Assembly: GCA_050084985.1 (NCBI GenBank)
Contig: JBITNC010000002.1
Location: 26,970,001-27,034,000, forward strand
Source of the DNA: Nageia nagi
Taxonomy: Eukaryota > Plantae > Pinophyta
Direction: 5' to 3'
Length of the DNA stretch: 64,000 nt
Each line of letters opens with the position of its first letter. Positions within the stretch are counted from its first letter, which is position 1. The notes below the pieces were generated by a model, which did no database searches, was not told the origin of the DNA, and was given only the letters and a program-made list of their open reading frames with translations. Positions 1-13,178 of this stretch are shown here, in pieces. The translations under genes were made by a program, and so were the position numbers.

Positions 1-1765
1 TATTTGTTTGGTAAAGAGATAATAGTTTATACTCATAATCAACCATACAATATTTACAAAATCAATCAAAGTTATAGCAAGAAAGGCACTTCCTAAGGAT
101 GGGGTTTCTTCAATAGTTTCACTTGATCATTGAAATACAAGAAAGTAAGGATAAATAAAATTTTATACATGCTTTTTAGACTGCCAACAGTAAGTTACAT
201 GACATTGATACCATTCTAGCCTGCAAACACAACACATGCACCATTTTAGCAGCAAAATTTGGTGACTCTAACTCTAATGAAATTTTACCCTTATATTTTT
301 GAAACTTTTCCTTACCAATATATGCATGATGTAGATTTTGGAGAGGTGTATTAAAAGCTAAAACAATCATCTACATTAGATTGTGAAGGTATGGATGAGT
401 TTTACATTAAGGATTAAGTTCTCTTTAAGCACAATACATTGTGTATTCTTGAAGCATAGAGAATTTTATTGACCAAATAGGCTAATACATAAAAATAAGT
501 CGGGAATTTTGGATTTGTTAAGATATTAGCAAATTTGTAAGGGTATGTTTATTGGCCAAATATGCAAGAACAAGTTGCAAAATACATAAGAGGATGTGTA
601 ACATGTTTCACAAGTAAACCTAGTAACAGAAAATTAGATTTGTATAGCCATTTCCAGTTCCTAATCGACCTTGGGAGAGTATTTCAATAGATTTTGTAGG
701 AGGATTACTTTTTTATAAGAAGTAACATGACTATTTATTTGTGATTGTTGATATATTTAGTAATATGTGTGTATTAATTCCATGTAAGAAGACTATAATG
801 GATCAAGAGGCTGCAAAACTTTTCTTTTCTCATGTATGGGTTCATTTTAATTTTCCTAAATCCATTATTACAAATCAAGTTTCTACATTTTTGGGTAAGT
901 TTTGAACTTTATAATGGGATGATATGGACACTAGACTGAAAATAAGCATTGCTTTTCATTCATAAATGGATTGGAAAACTGAAGTGGTGAATAGAACAAT
1001 GGTTTAGTTGTTGAGGTATTATTGTGGCAAGCATCCAAAGTCTTGGGATGAGCATCTTGATTTATTCAACATTCATACAATAAGGCTATTCATTCCTCTA
1101 CTAATAAAATTCTATTTGAAACTTGTTATGATTATATACCTGCATCTTCTTTTGATTGTATATTTGGACAATAAAAGGAAAGATAATATTTTAGTTGTGA
1201 AGGAAGAAAAGCAAGCTAAATATTTCATTGTTAAGATAAGGCAAAACCATTTGAGAGTCTAAGAGAAACTCAAAGCAAGTCAATCCAAGTACAAATCAAG
1301 ACATGGAAAGCATATAATTGATCATAAATTCCAAGTGGGAGATCAAGTTTGGTTACATATTAGTAAGGATAGATTGTAAGGATCAATTAAGAAGCTTAAA
1401 CTAATCATACATGGACCTTTTCACATTGTGGATCATGTGAGAATGCTTTTATATTGGATTTACCAACCTATATTATTCAATTGTGAATGTGGAGAGCTTG
1501 AAGTTATTTGAACCATCCATGCTAACTAAGGAATAACAAGAAGCAAGTCAAGTTTTATTTTCATATTTTACTTCAGGAGGATTTCATTTTACAAAAGAAA
1601 GTTCATGCTACTATAAGGGGTAAGCAAGAGATATGGTTGATTGGGTTGAAGGGCCAATTGCCTACCAAATCCAAGTGGTATGATAAAACCCAGGTGGGGG
1701 AATTATTTCCTAGTTTTATTCATACTTAATCATTTGTGGGACCAAATGCCTACCCATTGGGGAGG
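1..1765 (+). mobile_element. Degenerate Ty3/gypsy pol 3' part (RNase H end, integrase, chromodomain-like tail) with PPT
   Basis: Broken frames read YWPNMQEQVAKYIRGCVTC (integrase Zn finger), PNRPWESISIDFVGGL, TEVVNRT..LLRYYCGKHPKSWDEHL and a GPF motif (HGPFHIV). Purine tract TTGGGGAGG at ~1757-1765. Many stops and frameshifts. Confidence 0.9.
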
Positions 1766-2722
1766 TGTGCTCCTGAATGGATCAATAATAGTTTGATAAA
1801 ACATGAGTTTGGAAATATGCCAAGGGTCCTTTCTTGGACTTAGACTTAATTCTAAAATCTGATGTGTTGATTCTACTCAAGGAGTAACATTGATATCATT
1901 TAAAGTCTATAGTTAGAGCACTTATGCCATTGGGTCATTAAAACTGAAGTATGTAACTAAAGGGTCAAAGTTATTTTAGTTATTTTGGCAGTTTAGGAAG
2001 GCATACAATGCATTTTGTGGTGGTTTAGTGACATTTTCAAACTATTTATCTCTTTAGAAACCCTTTTGATGGGTTTGTTGTGGTGAATCAATCTATTAAA
2101 TAATTTGGCCTTGTTGATCATATTTATGTTGAATTCTTTGAGTGTTTTGGTTGAAGGAGTGTTGCAAGCCAAAAGAGATATTATTGGTTGTAGATTTCAG
2201 TGTTTATCTCTATTCTTTGTATGATTGTAATGCTTCTTTTGGTCTAAACTAAAGGATTCAATGTTGATTAGATTAGATGTACTCTCACATTGAGAGGAAC
2301 CAATACAAATATTGTGCCATCTTGATTATGTATGGTTATGTTTGATTTTATTACCATTATTTCTTTTCAACATTATTAATTTTTGCAATTACATATTGAT
2401 TTGATGTGTGACAGTGAAATTATTTCAAATCTATATTTCAAGATTCAAGTACACCATAGATGTTTGGTGATTATAGGTCAAATAATAATCAAATTTATCT
2501 ACTTAGTAAGTGAAACTATTCTTCAAATCATTATCAAGATTCTAATGTAAGAAATGCTTCAACTAACCATAAATGATAAAATAATAATTCTCTCATTTTC
2601 CTTTCTAATCATATTACAACTGCACTAAAGTATAAATTCCTCTATGAATTTAAAAGATAACATGTCAAAAAGTAATATTTTTATTTTTATTTTACCCCCA
2701 AATTATAAAAAAAGCTTCATCA
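1766..2722 (+). repeat. Putative 3' LTR of the gypsy remnant
   Basis: Starts TG directly after the PPT. The right end (..GCTTCATCA) is a guess because no partner LTR lies in the window. Confidence 0.4.
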
Positions 2723-3440
2723 TATCAGATGTTCTATTCTTATATCCATATTCAAAATTTTCTTATGGAAGACTAAGTCTAAAAATGCATGACTTAAGCT
2801 TCACTCAAAACTAGACATAACACATTCAAACTAACTTCAACAAGTACACTATAACATCAAAATAATTGCTCTTAGCTTGTCAGGTAAAAGCATAGCTCAT
2901 GCATTATAAGGATAATGATGTGCAATAATTCTAAAGAACAAGTATTGTATCATGTTGGTCTAAGATCAACCCTCCCAAATAATTTAAAATTCCAACAAGA
3001 CTCACATATTCAACATTCGTGTAGAGGAATGACCAATGAAGGTCATGTAAGTGATAAGCATTGAATAACTCTACCTATAAATAAAAGAGATGAGTTATAA
3101 GTTATGCAAAACATTGGTCATGTTATTAAGCATCTGAAAACAAATATAGGTGATGCACATAGGTAACTGACTCTGCCATTGAAACTACCCAATGAACTTT
3201 CAAGTGTGAAATAAACAATAAGACCAAACAACATCCTAAATTAGCTTCTAGATCATCCCAAAACAAGTTAGATCAAACAAAAGGCTAAATTCTTCCACCC
3301 ATGAACAAACTACAAATAGGATGATATGAAATAAAAAACTTTATCCCAATCCCAAATATGCAAGTCTTGTCTTGGCCCCCAATTCCTTATACTGAATTAG
3401 GGTTCTTTTAATAATTAATTAACTCATATTTTGATCATGA

Positions 3441-3640
3441 TTTTTTAATTATTATCATTATTATTATTAAATAAACAAGGTTAATATGACAAGCGAGAGA
3501 CCAACAATGGTGTATGGGATGATTATAGTGTGACAGTATATAGCATGTATATTTCGTAGTAGGAATCGAACATGGGAACAAGTTACACCAGGGTCATCAC
3601 ATAACCAACTCATCACATGAAACAACATGAACCAAGTCAC
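3441..3640 (-). mobile_element. Putative tRNA-derived SINE
   Basis: Minus strand shows an A-box-like GTGATGAGTTGG (3605-3616), a perfect B-box GTTCGATTCC (3562-3571), a ~100-bp body and a (TAA)n/A-rich tail (3441-3470). Degenerate flanking direct repeat CATATTTTGATCATG / CATATTTTATGAACAGG. Confidence 0.5.
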
Positions 3641-5192
3641 CATATTTTATGAACAGGTTCTGATTTTACCATTCACCATGTTATGCTAATAATAAGTGGT
3701 AAAGACATAGCAATTTCCTATGAGTAATTTATCGATGGTCAACACAATATTTGGTATTGAACTCATCATTAACTTGGCTAGCCCAAACTAATTTTAGTTT
3801 AGCCTACATGTATATGCATAGCTATTTTAGAGTATTTGTTCAGATTACATACTCATATACCCCTTAATGTAATTTTATTTCAATTTTAGGATAAAGGAAC
3901 CTATGATGTTAGATAGAATTAATCATGAAAACTAATATGTTCTTATAATTCCTCTAGGATAGGAATGACTTATACTTTCTTATATCTATAGTAGATATGT
4001 CTCCTAACTATACAATTATGTCCTTCTAATGTTCTTCTCTTATGAAGATTTTATTTTAAGTATATAATTCTAATCCTACAAATATTCATATAAATTTGGT
4101 CTATTTAGTCATACTAGTATGATATTCCAAGGTTTCAAAAGAAAATCTTGTTTACATAGAATTTCCCATGCTTATGTTATCCTCTTGTTCAAGTCATTGA
4201 ATTTTATATTTTTACTTAATAAAAGTCATATCTCTTTCATTACCAAAACATAACTCAACTATTGAAACTATAATTGGTATTTGTGCACATTTAACCCTAA
4301 CATGATAACTTAGTAATAAATAGTCACATTTCTATCCATGTACATCCAAATTATATGTTAACATTGTTGTTATTAAAATAACATAAAACATTAATATTTC
4401 AAAAGATAACCAAATTAAAACAAGTATAAATAGTTGAAATGCAAATAATACATAATAAACATTCACCATTTGACACCATATTTAGAGTGGGAAATCCCTT
4501 AAGGAGGGATTAAAAACCCACATAGGTAGCTAAGGCTCCTTTCCTATACAAACATTTTATTAGTTTAACAAAAATATTACAATCTTTGTTTTATCTTTTA
4601 CAATACTCAAAAAATGTTTCGTACACCTTTCCAAGAGCATATTTATTGTGCTCTTGCATTGTACCCATTTTTACACATGAATCAAAACTATTTTTCCAAA
4701 GCATACCATTTATTTCTCATCCCCATGTATTTATTCATGAAAGTTTACAATGATCTTATGCATAAAATTTGTTTTTACTCTTCATGATTGTACTCATGAA
4801 AGTTCACAATATATTGATGCATTCATACATATTGTCTCAATATTTTCTTTACTACAATGAAATACTTGTAACATACTATAAATAGCAACTCCATCCCTTA
4901 CCATATCAAATAATACAAATATTTTTTAATCAACTACCATGTTCACCTATTACATTTGTATTACAAAAATCTAAATGATAATACAATATCATGTATACTA
5001 TATTGCATAGTATTTTCCTACATGAAATATCTTTCATATTACTCATAATTACACTATCAATCCCTCATCTAGGCCATAAATCTACAATTAAAGCATCTTC
5101 CTATAACTAGAAATAATATGGTTATTGAAGGATTTGTCTACCTTATCTTTCTATTCATAGCCATGTCTACTTAATTTATCTATCCTTAATGA

Positions 5193-5966
5193 TGTAGAAT
5201 CTAAACAAATTTACTACATCAACATTAACAACAATCTTGATTAAAGTTTTGGACACACATGTCCCCAGAATCTCCATAAATCACCAATTGAATACTAAAA
5301 TGGAACTTTAACATTTTGCTCTTAAATAATGCATAAAATGTATTACAACACACTTCATGTATCTATTTTGATAGAATACCATACTCTCAATATTCAACAC
5401 ACACAAAATTCAGACATAAACATGAGCCTAAGCATGATCTAATAGATCAATACTCCCTTAAAAATGCTCTCATGGAGTTGTTCTATCTATCCTCTATTCT
5501 ATACTTTACTCTCTTATGTTACTTATTCCATTTTAGTGATCAATCCCTTATATAGACTATTGAAACTCGTTACAATATAAATTAGGAGTAAATAATCACA
5601 ATATCCATGTCTAACCAACATATACATTATGTTAACAAACCTTCAATAGAAGATAAAAAAGGCCTAAAATGCACTATAGATCGTTATAGTTACAAGAAAC
5701 CTATTGTTGTTATATGCATAACATATTCATATATATGCATGGGCCATATTGATATACGTACATAATATAATACTTTATATATGCACACAATATACAATAT
5801 CATATACATGCATAGTATGTTCGTTGTATATGCATAGGATTTCTGCACATATACACATGGGTTATCTATGCACTATATGCACAACATTTCTACCTTTATA
5901 AACAAAACACAAATCTAGCAAATTTGAAGGATGAATGAAGGATGGAATTAAGCTCAATTTCCAACC
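5193..5966 (-). repeat. 3' LTR of the non-autonomous element
   Basis: Aligns along its whole length with 8323-9080 and is adjacent to the PPT. Confidence 0.9.
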
Positions 5967-5981
5967 TTCTCCCCCTTGATG

Positions 5982-8199
5982 TTAAAGGGAATCACGAATG
6001 AGTTTCGAAGCATCATTGATTGGTTTAATGATCTTCCTTTTGCTCTTCTTTCGATTTTGAATTAGAAAATTCACAAGAACAAAAAGCTTTTGTTTTTGAT
6101 ACCCCTTCCACTTATCATATGCTCTTTCCTCCATCTTTGCTATTAATACATATAAACAAATAATGAGTGCCTTTTGATGATCAACTCCTCCTTCATCAAA
6201 AATCTCCTTTGTTGACATTCCATCAATGTCAATAACAATGGTTCTCAACAACCATTCTTTCACATGATCATCATTCACATCACAAAATAATTCTCCATTT
6301 GACTATTCATTGAAACTAACCATCTTTGATAGATGATTATACCACAAAACTATTTATGTAATCTTCACACAAATTGTCAAACAAAATATAGCCACGAAAT
6401 GACTAATTACAAATGCAACTAGTGAACAAACCTCACCAACCAAATTGCCACTCTTCACCAAAGTTTCACATTCCTCCTACTAATGAATTTCATCACACAG
6501 TTGACCTAAATAAGAAAACATTGCCTTCTCCATAGGAAGACCTTTCTTCAATGTTGTCTTCATAAGACAAGCTTCAAAACTTGTTAGATTTGCTCCCAAT
6601 GATAAGAGATGTGTCTCTTAAAAATAAAACAAGTTTTCAAATGATGTCTTTGTAAGACATTCTTCATTCTTACACATAATAACAATATTAAAATTATTCT
6701 TCAAACATTTATTCATCAACTTATCAATGACCAAATCGATAAACAAAAAATCATTACCTCCAATGCGAGTAGATTCCCATATACTTTCTTTTGTGCTTCC
6801 CATAAAGCCATACTACCACAAATTTATTATTGTTTCTTTTGAAACAACCATTAACTCTTCAACAAGAGTTCTCCTCCTTGATGCCTCTTTGCACAATGTT
6901 GCCTCTACAAGACAACCCACATTCTTCATTTTTATTACTCATGATGAGTAATCTCCATCTTTCTTCATAATTGATGTCTCCATTATCATTACAACATGAA
7001 GCTCATCAATCTTTTCCTTTTGCCTATTCTATCACACAAATGAGATAGTATTTGTTATTTTCCTCTTCATACAAAATAATCCTCACTCTTGATGAGTGAC
7101 CCTCAAGCATAAAACTGATAACTTTTACTTCTTTATCATCCACAATATCTGAATCAATATCCCACAAAGTTTTATTTATTATCTTCTCAAGAAAATCATC
7201 ATTGACTCCTATTAAGTGAGTTTCAATAAATCCATCCACTTCATATAAGTGGTCTTCAGGCAAACAATACTCCATTATGAGTGTTTCTTCTTCATCTTCA
7301 ACATTCATCTTTAATTTTTAAAGAAAGCAGTCTTCCATTCCTGTTAAATGGTCTTCAATATAAGCAAGCCAACAATTGTCATGAAGTGTTAGCTCCTTGT
7401 ATTCAACATTCTCCTCCATGAGAATTATTTCTTATTTATTATATGAATCTTCTTCAATAAATTTCTGATTTGGTGCCTCCTCCATAAAACGTTCTTCAAC
7501 AAAAATTTGAACATATGCCTCCTCCATGAGACATTCTTCTCTTTCTTTATCAACAAAATCAGGAACAATGTACATGCTTTCTAAACATGTTACTCCCACA
7601 ATTTCTTCTTTCTCTTCAATAGAAAGAAATTCTTCAACATCTTCCTCTATAAGAAAGAATTCTTCATCACAATGTTTCATCCCTTTCACATAAGACATGT
7701 CTTCCATAATAAGAACTTCACAAGACTCTTCCCAAGAAGAATCTTCAACATAACTCTCTTCTATGAAAAGAGTTTCACAAAGCTTTTCACAAATCTCTTA
7801 ATAGGAACAAGGCTCTTCCTTTCCCATACAATCTTCTAGATTACCACATACAAGCTCACAAACATTCTCATGAGTGTTTTTTATCACACCCAAAAATATC
7901 TTTTGATATTTTCCACGTTTTTGCAATTGTTCTACAACTAGCAATAAGCGGAAAAACATTTTCATTCGTACCTTTTCTAATATCAAAGAGAACCAGATAA
8001 TTCTGAAGTTGTTTCTCCTTCTTTAATCTTCTTTCTTTTACTACAACTTTGCTCCAATTTGTTGTTTCTTCAAACCCATCAATAATTATGTCCCAAAGTC
8101 ATTTTGACATCAACAAAGTCTTCATTTGATACTCTAGAACTCATAGTCTTCACTGTCAAATTCTAGAATAGTCAATCTTTCATGTATATTGTTGGCCAT
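5982..8199 (-). pseudogene. Decayed ORF: copia gag N-terminus (DUF4219-like) followed by a Glu/Asp-rich repetitive region
   Basis: Reads MANNIHERLTILEFDSEDYEF*SIK/MKTLLMSK*LWDIIIDGFEE, followed by acidic minus-strand ORF fragments at 7798-7986, 7432-7707 and 7024-7308 (same frame) and at 6618-6803 and 5982-6278 (same frame). Confidence 0.7.
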
Positions 8200-8322
8200 C
8201 ATATCACCATCAACAAGAAATATGATCTCCTTTGTAAAGACTTGATAAATCTCTACAAGAAGTCCACAATTAGTTACAGAACAACATATATATCTTTGGA
8301 ACAACTTAGCTCTGATATCACA

Positions 8323-9080
8323 TGTAGAATCTAAACAATTTTACTACATCAACATTAACAACAATCTTGATAAAATTGTTGTATATGCATGCCCCAAGGA
8401 TCTTCACAAATTAACAGTTGAATATTGAAACAAAACTTTAACATTACACTCTTAAATAATCCATAAAATGTATTGCAACACTTCATATATGTATTCTAAT
8501 AGAATACAATACTCTTAATATTCAACACACACAAACTTTAGACATGAACATTAGCCTAAGTATGATCTAATAGATCAATACTCTCTTACAAATGTTCTCA
8601 TGGAGCTATTTTATCTATCCTCTACTTTGCTATATTATATATTCTATTTCAGTGAACAATCTCTTATATAGACTATCAAAAGTCATTACAATACAAATTA
8701 GAAATAAATAATCATGGTACCCATGTTTAACCAATAGATAGACGATGCTAACAGACCTAACAAACCTTCAACAAAAGATTAAAAAAATGCCTAAAACACA
8801 CTACAAAACATTACAGTTACAAGAAATCTATAGTTGCTATACACAACATATTTGCATATACGTACAAGCCATATTGATATACGCACACAACATAATACTT
8901 TATATATGCACACAACATACAATATTATATATGCACACAATATGTATGAGATATATGCACAGCGTTTCTATGCATATACACATAGGTTATGTATGTGCTA
9001 TACACACATCATTTCTACCTTTATAAATAGAACACAAATCTAGCAGATTTGAAGGATGGAATTAAGCTTAGTTTCCAACA
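8323..9080 (-). repeat. 5' LTR of the non-autonomous element
   Basis: TG..CA termini, adjacent to the PBS, bounded by TSD AATGA. Confidence 0.9.
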
Positions 9081-9281
9081 AATGAGGTTTCATAATAAAA
9101 TAACATGATTATTTGTTAGAACCTTCAAAAGTGGATTTCATATTCTAGTAGGCGAAGGATATCCAACCCTATATTTGCCCGACCCCCCCTTGTACCTAAC
9201 ATCTCTTGATACATTATGTTAGCATTAGTGGGGCCCATTAAGTTTTTGGTAAAAAGTCATCCAGATGGATTAGGATTGCTT

Positions 9282-9480
9282 TGGTATTTTCCACATGATC
9301 ATATTGGTATCCTACCACAAGATCTCATTGGTATCTTACCAGAGGATCACATCGGTATCCTGTTGGAGGATCTCATGCGTATCTTGTTGAAGGATCTCAT
9401 TGGTATCTTACTAGAGGATCTCATCGGTATCCTACCGCATTGGTATCCCACTGCAAGATTGCATTGGTATCCTATCACTA
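9282..9480. repeat. 24-bp minisatellite (~8 degenerate copies, GGATCTCATTGGTATCCTACCAGA)
   Basis: Periodicity visible directly; translates as (DLIGILLE)n. Confidence 0.85.
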
Positions 9481-9489
9481 CACATGTTT

Positions 9490-10840
9490 GACAGGCACAC
9501 ATCCTAAGGAACATCGATTGATAAAGCAAGACAAAATTTAAATTTGAATTTCATTCAAGAGAGATTTGTTTAATGATGTGAACATAATTTCATGGAATGC
9601 AATGATCATATGATATAGATAAAATGGGTTCTCTAAGACTTTTAAGGAAATGTAGTTGTCAAGATTAAAGTCTAACTCTTCAACCTTTGCTAGCATTCTT
9701 TCGACATGTGCCATCATGGGAGCTCTAGAAGAAGGTATGAACATCCATCAAAGAGTAGTTGAAAATGGTTTTTCATATAATGTTGTGGTTGTGATTGCCA
9801 TGATCACCAAGTATGCAAAATGTGGAAGAATTTATAAGGCCTAAGAATTATTTATCAAGATGCATGATACAAACATAGTTTCATAGAATGCAATGATCAT
9901 CGGATATGCATGAAATGGGTTTCCTAAGAAGGACCTAGAGATTTTAAGCAAATGCAATCATCAAGGGTAAAGCTAGACTTTGCAACCTTTTCCCTTTGTC
10001 AACATTCTTTCAACATCTACCACCATGGGAGTTATGAAAGAAGGTATGAACATCCATCAAAGAGTAGTTGAAAATGTTTTTTCATCCAATATTGTGGTTG
10101 TGATTTCCCTAACCATGTAATGCAAAATGTGGAAGAATACACAAGGCCCATGAATTGTTTGACAAGATGCATGACGTGGATATAGTTTTATGGAATGCAA
10201 TTATCACCAAATATGAATAAAATGGGTTTTTTGAGAAGGACCTCGCTTAACTCCTACAACTTTTGCTAGCATTTTTCCGCCATGTGCCATAATGGGAGCT
10301 GTAGAAGAAGGTATGGACATCCATCAAGGAGTAGTTGAAAATGCTTTTCTATTCAATGTTATGGTTGTGATTGCTCCAATCACTATATATACAAAATGCG
10401 GAAGAATACACAAGATGTAGTCTCATGGAATGCAATGATTGCAGAGTATGCACATAATAGTCTTCATGAAGAGGTTCTTGAGGAAATACAATGAAGTGAT
10501 GTTGTACTAGATGAATTCACCTTTGTCCATGTTTTACTAACATTAGCTAGCTATGCATCTCTAGAAAAAGGCATTGACATCCATCAAAAAATAATTAGAA
10601 GTGGTTTCACTCAAATGTCGTCATGAAAAATGTTCTAATAAACATGCATGCTAAGTTAGGGAAGATATAAGCCCATGTACTGTTTGCCAAAATGCAATAG
10701 AGAGATACAATCTTATGGACTGTAATGATTTTCCACATTGGGCTTCTTAAAGAAGTTGAAAATCTTTTAGGGAAATGCAACATAGAAATACAATCTCATA
10801 GAATACAATGATCACAAAATATGTACAAAACAAGCATGGT
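9490..10840 (+). pseudogene. PLS-class pentatricopeptide repeat (PPR) pseudogene
   Basis: Repeated P/L/S motifs: ISWNAMI, STFASILSTCAIMGALEEGMNIHQRVVENGFSYNVVVVIAMITKYAKCGRIYKA, AHELFDKMHD, VSWNAMIAEYAHN. Many stops and frameshifts. Confidence 0.9.
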
Positions 10841-12398
10841 TTTAGGATATGTTCCTAATACGATATTTGTTTTGTAAGATGTCAAGTAGTAAGAGAAGGA
10901 TCATATTATTTACCACCCACCATCTCCTCCTCCTCCACCCCCTCCATTCCACCCACCTCAACTCCCTCACCTGACTCAAATCACCTTTGGTGACCATATA
11001 TGACGAATACCCCAACCTTAAGTGCAAAGAGTTGACATGTATATAATGATATATGAAATGAAGTAGCATTTAGATCATATCATGAAAATCATATGGAATT
11101 TTGTAAATATAAATTTTGGGACCCTATATAAAAAATCCCTTTAAAAAAAAAAAACGCAATGTTTGTCCTTCAAATCAATGGTTGTTTTAAAATGAAGCTT
11201 CTATTTGTACAAAGAAAACTTATATTTTTAAAAGCTACAAAACTACCCAGATAAGCCACACCTTAGCAAATGCTTGTACACCAGTGCAACCTGACTTTCA
11301 ATTAATTTTAAGACTTAAATATTTTCATCAGATTGAACAATTATAATAAAATAATACATATCCTCCGAATTACCTTTATCATGCTAGTTTGAAGGGAGAA
11401 GATAACTGTACTGAATTTTAATTGATTTTAGAATTAAATGTTTCCATGAGATTGAACAATTATAATAAGCAATTCATGTTCTCCTAATTACCTTTATCAT
11501 GTTATTTTTATGAGAGAATAGAACTGAGCGTTCAGATGAATTCTATTTTGCACAAATTGAGGGTGGTATTGTGACTTCAATTATAAGCATTCTAAGCAAT
11601 GTTTTGGTAGTATTAAAATGAGATTCAAACAAGTAGTAAAGAACTTTTGCAGTACACACTACTTCAAAGAGGAGAAGCAGAAGCAAATAAGCAAGGTTAT
11701 TTAATGCAACATGGACTAAGTTGAATGCATGTTGCAATCATCCACAACGACAAAATTGTTGTTGTTCATGGATAAACTAACTGTAGGTTTAATAAAATTG
11801 GCTAATGGAACTGAAAATTGTGAAAAAAAAACATTTGGAAAGCAAACCCACCTTCAGAAAAAAGAAAGAATCCTAGAGTACATTATAAATATAACAACAC
11901 AGTTTAGGAATGTCTTCATGTCAGAACACATGCAATGGAGTTTCCTAATAATTCAAGAACGTATCTTGAACACACATCATTGTTTATGTATTCCATCATG
12001 GCCTTACCACAGTTTCAAAAACCAAAATATAGCGAATGAAGATCCCCAATATAACAATAAGCATATCCATGTACAAATCGATTATCTTTGGCATTTCTTG
12101 GCTTGAATATTCAAAACTCAAAGATGAATATAAATATACTAAAAGGGACGCAATAGTACACTGGATCATGAGCCAGAAATGTTGTAGCCAATGAAAGAAT
12201 CTGCAATAAAACATCCCAAAACTTTTTAAAGAAGAGTTGAAATACAGGCTTTCATAGTAGAATACAGATAAACTCACATCCTTGCTGTACTTGTGCAGGA
12301 TGCACTTTCTTCAAAGTTACAAATACATTTTGTAGATATATAAATTTGCAGCATGGACATACTCAAGCAAGACTGACGATGCTCAGCTGAAAAAATTT

Positions 12399-13178
12399 TC
12401 ACTGAGACTCATGCTTCAGCATCTCCAATAGAAATTCATTCCATGTATCAATAGGCCCTGGCAAACACCAATGCAAGCAATCATTTTGCACCTTTGCATT
12501 TTTATCTTTTGCAAATGGATATGGATACCGGTAAGGTCCTGGATGCCCATCAGGTCTTAACAATGAAGCCCAGGTTGTATCGACAAGCTTAAATTTCAAT
12601 CCCCTAGCAGCACCCTCTTTTGCTGCTGTTTTGAACTCGTCCAACTGAATATTGTACATTTCAGCATTCATACCGTCCAGAGCAATCTCGTTGTTCTTAT
12701 AGGGAACCGTTCTTTCGCAAGTTCCTCCATTGTCCCACCTACCATTTTCAAAGTGATCAGGAGTAAAAGTCCTCAAGAGGGTCAATCCATGATATTCTGG
12801 TGATGTGTTAATGACCTTAAAAGCCAGCCGAAGGGCTTTTCTATAAGCAAAATAAAACCCCAACTGTGTGAAGTTTGTTCCTGGACAATAATGACAGCCA
12901 ACAACCTCATCCTTTTCCAAATAAATGGCTGGCTTTAAAAACCACTGGCCGCCAGAAAGAAGCACAATATCAAATTCATGCAATTGAGATGTCCACCTTT
13001 CATCAGCAACATCAAGGACAAGCTTAAGTTGATTGCTATTTGTACCTTCTGTATTTTTGACTGTTTCCTTCACAAAGAAAGGTGACCATAATACTGCTAG
13101 AGTGAAGTTGTAGGATGGGAATAACCAACGCCTAAATTTATCAGTTTCATCACGATAAATATCCCTGGCATCATCCAC
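12399..13178 (-). CDS. TBL: TBL-family polysaccharide O-acetyltransferase, exon 3 (PC-esterase domain with DxxH)
   Basis: Open 259-codon exon with WSPFFVK, LRPDGHPGPY and KDKNAKVQNDCLHWCLPGPIDTWN (typical of the TBL23-26 clade). AG acceptor at 13179-13180; TGA stop. Confidence 0.96.
   Translation of the reverse strand: MDDARDIYRDETDKFRRWLFPSYNFTLAVLWSPFFVKETVKNTEGTNSNQLKLVLDVADERWTSQLHEFDIVLLSGGQWFLKPAIYLEKDEVVGCHYCPGTNFTQLGFYFAYRKALRLAFKVINTSPEYHGLTLLRTFTPDHFENGRWDNGGTCERTVPYKNNEIALDGMNAEMYNIQLDEFKTAAKEGAARGLKFKLVDTTWASLLRPDGHPGPYRYPYPFAKDKNAKVQNDCLHWCLPGPIDTWNEFLLEMLKHESQ

Larger units (their letters stand above)
5193..9080 (-). mobile_element. Non-autonomous Ty1/copia-like LTR element (3.9 kb, no pol)
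   Basis: Direct repeats at 5193-5966 and 8323-9080; outer termini TG..CA; 5-bp TSD AATGA on both sides. tRNA-Met PBS-like TGATATCAGAGCT (8308-8320, minus) and PPT CAAGGGGGAGAA (5967-5978, minus). Confidence 0.92.

Noticed and set aside
4350-5190. Possible older minus-strand LTR remnant into which the 5193-9080 element inserted
   Set aside because: LTR-like motifs are present, but termini and TSD could not be defined.
8745-9043. His/Tyr/Ile-rich ORFs
   Set aside because: Translations of TA/CA-rich low-complexity LTR sequence.
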